A DNA stretch of 63,749 nucleotides, filler included, from Stramenopiles sp. TOSAG23-3 (taxonomy: Eukaryota), in the NCBI GenBank assembly GCA_900128585.1. It is 3 parts of 3 records of this genome, joined end to end, with 100 filler letters (N's around TTAATTAATTAA, not from the genome) between each part and the next. Parts side by side here need not be neighbours in the genome. Positions count along the whole stretch, not along the records: positions 21,413 to 42,572 come from LT642361.1; 2 more parts are not named here. One strand, given 5' to 3'. Position 1 is the first letter of the stretch. Each line of letters begins with the position of its first letter. Below the pieces are notes generated by a model. The model searched no databases, was not told where the DNA came from, and saw only the letters and a program-made list of their open reading frames with translations. Shown piece by piece: positions 33,617-42,672 of the stretch. The translations under genes were made by a program, and so were the position numbers.

Positions 33617-36600
33617 ATGCCGTCTGCGTGGGAACGTAGTAGAGTAAGCACTGCGGTTGCGGTTTTGTTTCCATTATTAGTGTGTTTTTTCCCGTTACAT
33701 GCCGATTCTCGCTCCTTTCGTGTTTTGGAGAGATCCAATAGTCTCAACGACAAGCTTCTGCGGTCGCAAGAAGCGTCCCCTGCTTTCAGTACCGGCACGA
33801 AAAGCATTAGTTTAAACCGTCCGGCCGCGCGGGGTAAAAGTGGCCCAGCGTTTAATCGCGACGGGAAGCTAACGTTCCCGACCAACATCAGGCCGTTGAC
33901 AGAACCGACGGAGGACACCGCAGTCCCCCATTTTCCTGGGAAGGATTTACCGGTGTTTCCCCCGGAGCAGGGCCCTGCCAGCTTGCGGATTACTCGCAGG
34001 ACACCAACGTCGGTCACCCTTGCCTGGGAAGCCCCGGAAGGAACCCTGCCGACGCTCTACAACCTTTTAATGGACCGAGTGTCCGTGTACAGTGGTCCAA
34101 ATACATATTTTACGCAGACGGGAATCAACTCTGAGCGGTGTTACGTTTTTCAGGTTAGTGCCTATGTCGATGGTAGGTGGACAAAATTCTCCTCGCCAAG
34201 GCACACAAGCTCACTGGAGCACGCCGTGTCGTTAGAGAAAATAGACAACCAGGTCCAAACGATAAAGGCGGAGATGGAGAAAGCGGCAATGGCGCAAGCC
34301 CAAGGCAATGCCTGTTTGCTAGAGGAAGTGAACAACATGGGGGTTGTTCATACAGATAGCGCGAGCGGGGGTGGGTCGATCGAGTACGATGGTGAGCTGA
34401 GCGCTTTCAGTTCGTCCGGGGTCGAGGCGAGTGTATTAAACTGCCAAGTCGCAAACTGCATGGGGCAGAGCGGGATGACCACGACGCTCGTAAAAAGTCG
34501 CACGGGCCACTTAAATATTCGGCAGGACGATGGGACTTGGAAATTGAGGTTTTTGTCCATCCCGGAAAATACAAACATAATAGAATTCAACAACCCCAAC
34601 AACGCATTTATCAAAACAACCATCAACTTAATAGGGTGCCGTGCAAACGAACTCGACGAGGCCGCGTCGGTGAACATAGGCAAAGTCGGAGTAGGAGCGA
34701 AGAAGTGCATGCAATTGAACTGCACGCGGGAGTCAAAAATGTACTTTTTCTGTGAGCCAAGTAAAGGCCCGCCCGTCAAGGGGCGTTTTTCTATCCAATC
34801 GTGGATGAATGATGTGAATCGCGCAACCTACCCATCAAAGCGATTCAACCGTTTCGAGGCCGGCCTCAAAGTCACGATATCGCCCAAGTTAGTTGTCGAT
34901 ACCGTTAGTGAATTGGACGGGGAGGTGGACCACAGGATATACGCTGCTGCGGGGTACCGCGAGCCTTTTTTCTTTAATTTTTTGACCAGGTTGGTTAAAA
35001 TAGACGCTACGCCCCATTTTCCGCAGCTACTGGGGACGTTTCGCTGCAACGACTTGCCGAAAAAATTCAAGGACGCCCCGGGACCGGGGGGTGTTTCGGG
35101 CATCCTTCCCGCGTTCCCTTTGACTGGGAATGTGGCTGCCACGGTGGACAGGATGAAAATTGACGGGGACGCCTTTTCTTCTGCGTACATGGGCACGATT
35201 TTAGAGCCCACCACGGTCGATTTGGAAACGTATATCAACAGCTTCAAAGGCTTCGCGCTGGACAATGAGTGGGTCCGAGGCATTATGTTCCAGCTCATTC
35301 ACGGCCTAGGGGTCGGGCACCATGCATATGGACTGCACCATAATGACCTTTTGACGATGAGCAATATCCGTCTGAAGCAATATCCTCGCGAAGCAAAAGG
35401 TGTCCGAAAATACTTTTGCTACCAGTTAAACGATGTAGCTTTAAGCGGTAATGGTTGTGGGGGGGCGGAGGGGAACATTGGGGCGGAGGGGGGCAAAGGC
35501 GAAGAGCCAAAAGATATCCCCAAAATGAAATTGAGCAACTCTGGTATTCATAGAGGGGAAAAAGGCAAAGGCGCTTCGTTTTTGGAGGTCCATGTAAGCG
35601 AGTTTAGTGGGCCACCAGAAACATCTGATTTGCCCTCTCAAAGCGATGCGGAAAAGGTAATGACCTCGGCGCAATCGATTAAGCACAAATGTATTGCAGG
35701 CGTGAACGGTGACCCACTGGAGGCCGACCAATTGCCCAGTACGGTGTGTCAGACTGGCAGCAAGGCTGGGGGTGGAAGCGGGAGCGGTTCTGGTAGTAGC
35801 AGTGGTGGTTCTGGTAGTGGAAGTAGAAGTGACAGTGGGAGCGATGATGGCGGCGAGGTACGTAACTCGTGGTGCATCCCTGCGGAGACGGTCGACGGAA
35901 TGCATATTAAAATCCACGGCCTGGGCGCCGCTGCTTTGACGAAAAAAACCGTGGAGTATTGGAAAAAAGGTTACATATTCCCCAATGCCCCCTGGGATGA
36001 CGATTTAGCAGACGTGGCCGTGATCATGTGCGGGTATATTGCACCACATATGTCCAAGATGGACGTTAGGGGGAGAGATCTGTGCAAGAAAATGAAATTA
36101 GGGGAATATCAAGCAAATCCACTTGCAGCTTTACGCCACCCGTACTTCTCAGATTATCTTAAGAAGGAACAAATGCCCATTGTTGACCGAAACAATTATA
36201 TATATATGCCTGGGCCCGCCTGCGACTGCAAAAGCAAAAAAAGACTCGGAGTCCCGAAGCGGCACGCGCAAGCAGATACTGGCAGAGAGAATGCTGAAAA
36301 TGGTATTGCCGATGAGTCAAAGCCTGAGTCGAAACCAAAGATGCCCACTGGGCAAAAATCTGCCGGTATTCCATTTCTGGGAGCTGGGAGGGGAGCGTTC
36401 AGGCTCAAAAACATGACCATGGGCGCTCCAACGGGTTCTGCCCCTATGACGCCGTGGATAAGTAAGCTTGTAAGTGCGAACTCGGACGTCTCTGCCACTG
36501 TGAAATGGACACCTGTAACGGGGTCGAAATACTACAACTTGCTGTTGGACGGTGTTAGCGCGTATTCTGGGCCTGCCAATGAGTTTAAGATCGACAATTT

Positions 36601-36715
36601 AAGAGAATCGAAATGCTATCGCGTAACTGTGGCTGCGTTTGTTAAAGGAAAGGGGTGGACGCCACTCTCAAAAGCCTTGCATATCAACCGTTGTGGTTTG
36701 CGTAGTGACGCGTAG
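33617..36715 (+). CDS. secreted FN3 - PH-like - kinase-like - FN3 protein
   Basis: Hydrophobic N-terminus; two FN3 repeats (YNLL.D.VS.YSGP); IMFQLIHGL...HHNDL..SNI. Confidence 0.8.
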   Translation: MPSAWERSRVSTAVAVLFPLLVCFFPLHADSRSFRVLERSNSLNDKLLRSQEASPAFSTGTKSISLNRPAARGKSGPAFNRDGKLTFPTNIRPLTEPTEDTAVPHFPGKDLPVFPPEQGPASLRITRRTPTSVTLAWEAPEGTLPTLYNLLMDRVSVYSGPNTYFTQTGINSERCYVFQVSAYVDGRWTKFSSPRHTSSLEHAVSLEKIDNQVQTIKAEMEKAAMAQAQGNACLLEEVNNMGVVHTDSASGGGSIEYDGELSAFSSSGVEASVLNCQVANCMGQSGMTTTLVKSRTGHLNIRQDDGTWKLRFLSIPENTNIIEFNNPNNAFIKTTINLIGCRANELDEAASVNIGKVGVGAKKCMQLNCTRESKMYFFCEPSKGPPVKGRFSIQSWMNDVNRATYPSKRFNRFEAGLKVTISPKLVVDTVSELDGEVDHRIYAAAGYREPFFFNFLTRLVKIDATPHFPQLLGTFRCNDLPKKFKDAPGPGGVSGILPAFPLTGNVAATVDRMKIDGDAFSSAYMGTILEPTTVDLETYINSFKGFALDNEWVRGIMFQLIHGLGVGHHAYGLHHNDLLTMSNIRLKQYPREAKGVRKYFCYQLNDVALSGNGCGGAEGNIGAEGGKGEEPKDIPKMKLSNSGIHRGEKGKGASFLEVHVSEFSGPPETSDLPSQSDAEKVMTSAQSIKHKCIAGVNGDPLEADQLPSTVCQTGSKAGGGSGSGSGSSSGGSGSGSRSDSGSDDGGEVRNSWCIPAETVDGMHIKIHGLGAAALTKKTVEYWKKGYIFPNAPWDDDLADVAVIMCGYIAPHMSKMDVRGRDLCKKMKLGEYQANPLAALRHPYFSDYLKKEQMPIVDRNNYIYMPGPACDCKSKKRLGVPKRHAQADTGRENAENGIADESKPESKPKMPTGQKSAGIPFLGAGRGAFRLKNMTMGAPTGSAPMTPWISKLVSANSDVSATVKWTPVTGSKYYNLLLDGVSAYSGPANEFKIDNLRESKCYRVTVAAFVKGKGWTPLSKALHINRCGLRSDA

Positions 36716-36769
36716 TAAAACTTTACTCTGTTAATCGTGAAACGGATCCTTTTTGTAAGAATTTAATTG

Positions 36770-37078
36770 ATAACAAGAAATTGGCTGCTATTTAAAATTT
36801 ATCTTCCTCATGTAACCATTCTAATCACAATATATACCCTTGTCACTAAGTCTTAATTATCATTCTCAGATGTACTCCATGCATTTCATCTGAATCGTAA
36901 GGTGGATCTTGGCAAGGCTTGCAAATGACCCGCAGTCAACTTCCCGGACCGATGTCTCACTCACATAGATACTCAAACCATGTGTGATTTTCCAAGCAGC
37001 GGCGTAAGAATTAAAACAATTTAATTTTAAGAGGAGGTCTTATCATACCTGGCCTAAATAACAGCGCCATTATTTTGT
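36770..37078. mobile_element. ~310-bp non-autonomous element bounded by inverted dyad motifs
   Basis: ATAACAAGAAATTGGCTGCTATTT ... AAATAACAGCGCCATTATTTTGT; interior 36832-37005 is the reverse-complement homologue of 53238-53406. Confidence 0.7.
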
Positions 37079-37210
37079 AGATTTAGACGAATGGAAATTA
37101 GCTTCGGCTTTTTTTATTACAACAAGCCCTGTTGTAATATTTTATCTTTACTGTGTTTTTAAAATTATTCGCTACGAGGTACGAATTACTTCCACGAGCT
37201 CTATGGACTT

Positions 37211-38026
37211 TCAACGAATGAATTTCTTCCCTGTTAAATTATTTAATTTTCTCATATACTTGTGAGTTTCCCGGGACCGCCCTTCACTAACTAAACTTAA
37301 CGACAATCGACTATAGTTGCTAGTATCATCTGGACACAGACGAATCGCCATTTCCAAGTGCGGAATGCTTGCATTGGTCTTCCCTTGTATTTTGTGCAAC
37401 GCTGCAATACTTTTATGTACAGACGCAAGTTGATAGTCACTGTGACTTATCTCTGCGTAGTATAGAGCTTTTCTGCACGCCTTTAGTGCCGGTCCGTATT
37501 TTTCGATGCGGGCAAGGGCTGCACCGACTGTTTGGTAAGCTATTGAGGAATGTGGACTCAGCGATACCGCTGCAGCAGCAAATTTAAGAGCCAGTTCCCC
37601 TTTCTTCATCTTTATTAAAACATTTGCCATGTCTATTAAACTCGGGACGTGTGCTCTATCGATGTTAAGCGCTCTTTCCAGGAGAACTTTGGCCTCTTTG
37701 ATGCGGTTGGCCCGCATCATTAGAGTGGCTTGGGTGTGCAACGCTCCAACTTGATGTGGTCGCTGCTGCAAATATTCTGCCATATCAGACATAGAACTTT
37801 CTAACGAGGTGTTTTGAAACTTTGCCGGGACCTTCGCAGTAAGCCTTTTGCGCCGTAACGTCGCTCGTCTCCGAAGGGCTGTCACGGGGTCACATTTTCT
37901 ATCGCTAGTGCACTGGAGCCACGGTATAACTTTGTGTTTGTTCATTAAAGAATTGTTGGATGTACTTGATGAAGATATGCCCTCTAGTGATCTTGCTAAA
38001 ACCCGAACGTCTTTTCTCCTGTGCAA
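37211..38026 (-). CDS. TPR repeat protein (start uncertain)
   Basis: Repeated TPR-like helices (EAKVLLERALNID, AYQTVGAAL, LEMAIRLCPDD). Confidence 0.8.
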   Translation of the reverse strand: MHRRKDVRVLARSLEGISSSSTSNNSLMNKHKVIPWLQCTSDRKCDPVTALRRRATLRRKRLTAKVPAKFQNTSLESSMSDMAEYLQQRPHQVGALHTQATLMMRANRIKEAKVLLERALNIDRAHVPSLIDMANVLIKMKKGELALKFAAAAVSLSPHSSIAYQTVGAALARIEKYGPALKACRKALYYAEISHSDYQLASVHKSIAALHKIQGKTNASIPHLEMAIRLCPDDTSNYSRLSLSLVSEGRSRETHKYMRKLNNLTGKKFIR

Positions 38027-39055
38027 TTTCCCTTTTTGAGTAGGTATCTACTTCATGTCTAAAACTGGCAAAGATTTCAAGCGGTTGTTTTTCTGTTGTT
38101 CTTCTTGTTGTTTCGTTGTTTTTGTTGTGTTGTAGTAGTAAGTAGTATTGTGATTATTATTATCGTAGACCGACGACGACTATTATTTATTATTATTTTG
38201 GGTTTTTTTTATATAATAATAATAACAACAACAGAGAAGAACAGAGAGAAAAGCAACAACAACAACAACAAAAACCCACATTCTTCTTCATTTTCTCAAC
38301 TGATATTTTATTAGTATATAAATGTAATGTAGTTAAAAATATATTATTAATAGTAAAATAAAAATCTTATAATATATGCTATTATTATCACCTTTATTCT
38401 TTCATTGGCCATCTAATATATATTTACTTATTTATCATATACAATATACTATAGTTATGTAATAAATAATATAAGAAGAATTCCTGCCAACAAACAACAA
38501 AATAATCAGAATTTTTTAATAATTCAGTATGACATGACACAGCACAGGGTAGAACAATAGAACACAAAGAATATTCTATTTGAATCCATCCTTCTCCAAA
38601 CCAAACGTAAATCCCAAAAATAAAGCTAAATAGCATTGAAGAAAAATTGTGAGTACAAAAGTCATTCCTCGAAATTATCGAATTTCGGGTTTTTAGGTTA
38701 TTACTGCGTAAGTATATATTTCTAAACTTATTTTCAAAAGATACATCTTGTGTTAATGAAGCATAAATATAAAAATAAATACAATATATTTTACCCTTAA
38801 TATGACCACCATTGGACGACCAAGAAGATAAAAGAAGAAAAAACAAACAAAAAAAAACTCCTCATAACACGGCGGCGAAGAACAGGATGGAAGAGGGAGA
38901 AGAAGTATACTTTCGGTGCCGGGTGATAATCCATTGGATCGCACGGTAGCAAAAAAAATAATCGATGCAATTAGAGACGTAGATTCTTTTTCAATCCAAC
39001 AAGCAACTCTGAAGATAAACGTATACATTCGTTTTCACACAAACAACAAGCAAAC

Positions 39056-42000
39056 ATGCCAGAATTTATAGAAAAGCAGTTCGAGAAAGCTGGGCGTTGG
39101 ATTGCCCGAAAGCCTTGGATTGCGATAGCAATTTCTGTCGTTCTCGTAGCAATATGCGCGGGTGGTTACCCGAGCTTAAAGGCAGAAAATCGTGCAGAAA
39201 TGCAATGGGTACCGCGAGGTGCCCTCGGTTTAACGCACAAAGATTACGCAGATGAAATGTGGCCTAGCTCGAATCGATTCAACTTTTGGATGGCGCAATG
39301 CACAGGCTCCAACTGCAACGCTCTGGACGCTGCGCACATGAAAGAACTGAACAGAATTCACCAGGAAATCTTGGCGATCACTGTCACTGTCGAGGAAGTC
39401 AAAAAGATCCACACCGTCCGGGGTGGCAAAAAGTCTTTCGTTTGGGAGAAACTCACGGACAAACAATGGGAAGTCTTCAACGGATCGTGGTCGTTCGACC
39501 GATCAAAAGACCGGTCAACGAAACGAAAGTGTGTCCAATTTGGCCCGTTCTGTGGGAAAAGCTCTCCTCTTGAAATATTCAGAGAAGATACCACTGTTAT
39601 TAACACCATGACTGACAAAGAATCGCTAGACGCGTTCAACTTTTGGGAGTCCCAAACCACTGCTTGTCCTGTGACAATAGCGAAATCGGACAGCCCGTGC
39701 GTTGATGCATCGAAATTCAACTCGAACGCTTCGAAGCAGGATTGCCAAACTTACAACACAACTGATGAAAGGAAGAACTGCCGCATTGCAGCAGACGAAT
39801 ACTGCAAGATAAAGTGCCCGCCTCCGTACAACAATTGCGCGGATAATGGTTGCCCGAGTCTTGCGGCATTCAACCAACTAGCCGCGAACAGTAACAACAA
39901 CAACAGTGCCCCCGATAGTGCGTTCGCCTTCGAACCATTTAAAATTTCCACCGTTGCTAGTTCGGGTAAGGATGGCCCAATAAAGAAAAATGGGGAGTAC
40001 GAGTCGGCTACCACCCTTTTTGGCTTCTACGCACTCGCAGCTACGCCTGTGTTAGTCGATGGAAGCGATGAAGACCCAGTTGCGTTGGAGTGGGAAAAGC
40101 GTGCGTTGTGTAAAATGGGGATTGTGGCGGAGACTCTTCGAGGCATAGAAGAACCGGAATGCAAAGGCAGTGACATGTTTGACTTCAAGGCCCAGTTTAC
40201 CAGGAGTCTCAGCGATGAGTTCGGCAATGCAATTCTAGGAGACATCGCTGCTCTCGGTGCATCGTACTTTCTGATCATTATCTACATGGGCATTATGCTT
40301 TCAAGGCGGGACCATGTACACTCTATGGTTTTTATGAGTTTGGTGACCGTGGCCATTGTTGGAATGAGTTACATCGGTGCGATGGGCCTAGGGTCGTACA
40401 TCGGTTTGATGAACAATAACTTGAACACACAAATTCCGTTTCTGCTTTTGGGCTTGGGCGTGGATGATGCTTTTGTACTGTCGAGTGAGTTCGTGCGGGC
40501 GACAACTACGCTCGGGGCCAGTGCACCGATAGAGGATCGTGTCGCGATGGCTGTTAAGAGTGGCGGGATGTCAATTTTAATTACCAGTGCAACTGACGCC
40601 CTTGCATTCTTCTTTGGCTCAATTACAGTCCTCCCAGCCTTGAGTTGGTTCTGTGTATTTGCAGGATTCGGAGTGCTTCTATGCTTCATTTTTCAAATCA
40701 CATTCTTTGTGCCGTTTCTTGTGCTGAATGAGCGGCGTGCATTGCAGAACCGCTACGATATGTCGTGCTTTCCGCTGTGTTGCTTTAAAGCGAACCAACG
40801 GTTGGACAAACTGTGTTGCATCAAGCCCCAGCAAGATAATAGCCCAGCGAACAAAGCTGTTGGTGCTCCAGATGATGCTGGCGCAAGTGCAGCTGACGTT
40901 GACTTCCATGACTGGGATAGCCCCCGAGGGTGTTGCTTCTGCTGCAACTGTAAGCCGGGGGGGCTGGTGGTTGGCTTCGAACGGTTTGGCCGCATGATCA
41001 CTACGCCAGTTGGGAAGATAACAACCTTTGTCGTGTTTCTCTCAATGCTAATTGTAGGGATTGTAGGTGCGTTTCAAATCAAGCAGGACTTTAAATTGGA
41101 ATGGTTTGTACCCGACGATTCGTACTTGAACACATTTTTTAAGTGGAACTCGGAATTTTTTGCTACGGGAACTCCCATCACGATCTATGTTAAGGATATT
41201 GATTACTTCAGCAGCCAAGGCACACTTATTGAGTTGAAGAATCTGATGACATCTAGCAAATTAGTGGACCACCCAAAGGGCTACAGCGACTGGTACGGGT
41301 CGTTCATCGACACGACCAATGGAGATGCGAACTCCGCGAACTGGGGAACGTGGTTGAATTCTGACAAGACGCAGTTCAAAAGTAAGACTGACTTTTACAA
41401 AGAGCTGCACGCATGGTACATTGGTGGCGGCGGTGCAAGATTTCGAAGCAGTATAAAATGGGTCGATAATGACTGCAACTCTGACGATTACAACGAACCT
41501 TTATGCGACCCGCAAAAGGGGGTATTGGCGACAAAAATGGGCTGCACCCTGACGCTCGAGGCAACGGATGACGGCCAAACTCGCTACGATACGATGACAG
41601 CTTTGCGCAAGGGCATTGCGAAGATTCTGCCCGATGAGAAAGCGTTCCCATATTCATTCCAGTTTTTGTATTGGGAAGAAACGGGTGTGATTGGTAAGGA
41701 GTTGGTTCAGAATCTGCTTAGTTGCGGGGCCGTGATCATAGTTCTCATCTGCGCGATGATACCACACCCAAGGATCGCGCCATTCGTTGTGGGCGGTATT
41801 ATTTACAGTGTCGTTACCCTTGTAGGGTTCATGCACTGGTGGGGCATCACCGTCAGTGGCGTCTCGACCATTTACATCCTTATTTCTATCGGTTTGGCCG
41901 TCGATTATTCTGCACATGTTGCTCACATGTTCGTTGAGAGCACAGGGATGCCAGAAGACCGCGCGGTTGCCGCCCTCAAGAGAATCGGCCCATCAGTGTT

Positions 42001-42286
42001 CAATGCTATTGGTTCAACCTTGCTGGCGGTTTGCGTTCTTGGATTCTCTAAATCCTACATTTTCCGAGTGTTCTTCAAGGCATTATTTCTTACCGTCTTG
42101 TTTGGCGGCGCTGTAGGCCTATGGCTGTTGCCTGTGATGTTGTCGGTCTTTGGCGGGACAAAAGAGAAAGGAAACAACGAGGGGGGTGAGTCGCCGCGGT
42201 CCAATCAAGTAACGGCAACAAAACAAATTGAAATGAAGAACATTGAAGAGCAAAAGGACGAATCGAAAGCGAAAGAGACTGTCTAA
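39056..42286 (+). CDS. Patched/NPC1-related RND-type sterol-sensing-domain protein
   Basis: PFLLLGLGVDDAF, SILITSATD, SIGLAVDYSAH; two TM bundles with luminal loops. Confidence 0.95.
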   Translation: MPEFIEKQFEKAGRWIARKPWIAIAISVVLVAICAGGYPSLKAENRAEMQWVPRGALGLTHKDYADEMWPSSNRFNFWMAQCTGSNCNALDAAHMKELNRIHQEILAITVTVEEVKKIHTVRGGKKSFVWEKLTDKQWEVFNGSWSFDRSKDRSTKRKCVQFGPFCGKSSPLEIFREDTTVINTMTDKESLDAFNFWESQTTACPVTIAKSDSPCVDASKFNSNASKQDCQTYNTTDERKNCRIAADEYCKIKCPPPYNNCADNGCPSLAAFNQLAANSNNNNSAPDSAFAFEPFKISTVASSGKDGPIKKNGEYESATTLFGFYALAATPVLVDGSDEDPVALEWEKRALCKMGIVAETLRGIEEPECKGSDMFDFKAQFTRSLSDEFGNAILGDIAALGASYFLIIIYMGIMLSRRDHVHSMVFMSLVTVAIVGMSYIGAMGLGSYIGLMNNNLNTQIPFLLLGLGVDDAFVLSSEFVRATTTLGASAPIEDRVAMAVKSGGMSILITSATDALAFFFGSITVLPALSWFCVFAGFGVLLCFIFQITFFVPFLVLNERRALQNRYDMSCFPLCCFKANQRLDKLCCIKPQQDNSPANKAVGAPDDAGASAADVDFHDWDSPRGCCFCCNCKPGGLVVGFERFGRMITTPVGKITTFVVFLSMLIVGIVGAFQIKQDFKLEWFVPDDSYLNTFFKWNSEFFATGTPITIYVKDIDYFSSQGTLIELKNLMTSSKLVDHPKGYSDWYGSFIDTTNGDANSANWGTWLNSDKTQFKSKTDFYKELHAWYIGGGGARFRSSIKWVDNDCNSDDYNEPLCDPQKGVLATKMGCTLTLEATDDGQTRYDTMTALRKGIAKILPDEKAFPYSFQFLYWEETGVIGKELVQNLLSCGAVIIVLICAMIPHPRIAPFVVGGIIYSVVTLVGFMHWWGITVSGVSTIYILISIGLAVDYSAHVAHMFVESTGMPEDRAVAALKRIGPSVFNAIGSTLLAVCVLGFSKSYIFRVFFKALFLTVLFGGAVGLWLLPVMLSVFGGTKEKGNNEGGESPRSNQVTATKQIEMKNIEEQKDESKAKETV

Positions 42287-42572
42287 AGGTCTGCTTAATC
42301 GCGAGCTACCATGTGCATGAGAGAGATAGCAAAGCTTTATTCTGCTCTCTCGTTCTTTTCGCTATGTAAAAATATACAGCCAGAGATTTATGAAATAGTA
42401 AGAATAAAATTTTCCGAAGACAAAAAAATATTATAAATAAAAAAAGTTCTATTATCACAAAAAAACGACGACGGGGGGGAAATGATAGGGACATATTACC
42501 AAGTTCACACCATGTGTCCGAAAAATGACATTTTTCCGGACGGAAAAATGTTCATTTTTTTTTAGATAAAAA

Positions 42573-42672
42573 NNNNNNNNNNNNNNNNNNNNNNNNNNNN
42601 NNNNNNNNNNNNNNNNTTAATTAATTAANNNNNNNNNNNNNNNNNNNNNNNNNNNNNNNNNNNNNNNNNNNN
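42573..42672. other. artificial contig-concatenation linker
   Basis: N44-TTAATTAATTAA-N44. Confidence 0.97.

Noticed and set aside
38027-38056. ATG-AAG-TAG in frame upstream of the TPR ORF, suggesting TAG reassignment
   Set aside because: Other genes end plausibly at TAG, and no conserved gene shows internal TAG; a downstream start or point mutation is simpler.
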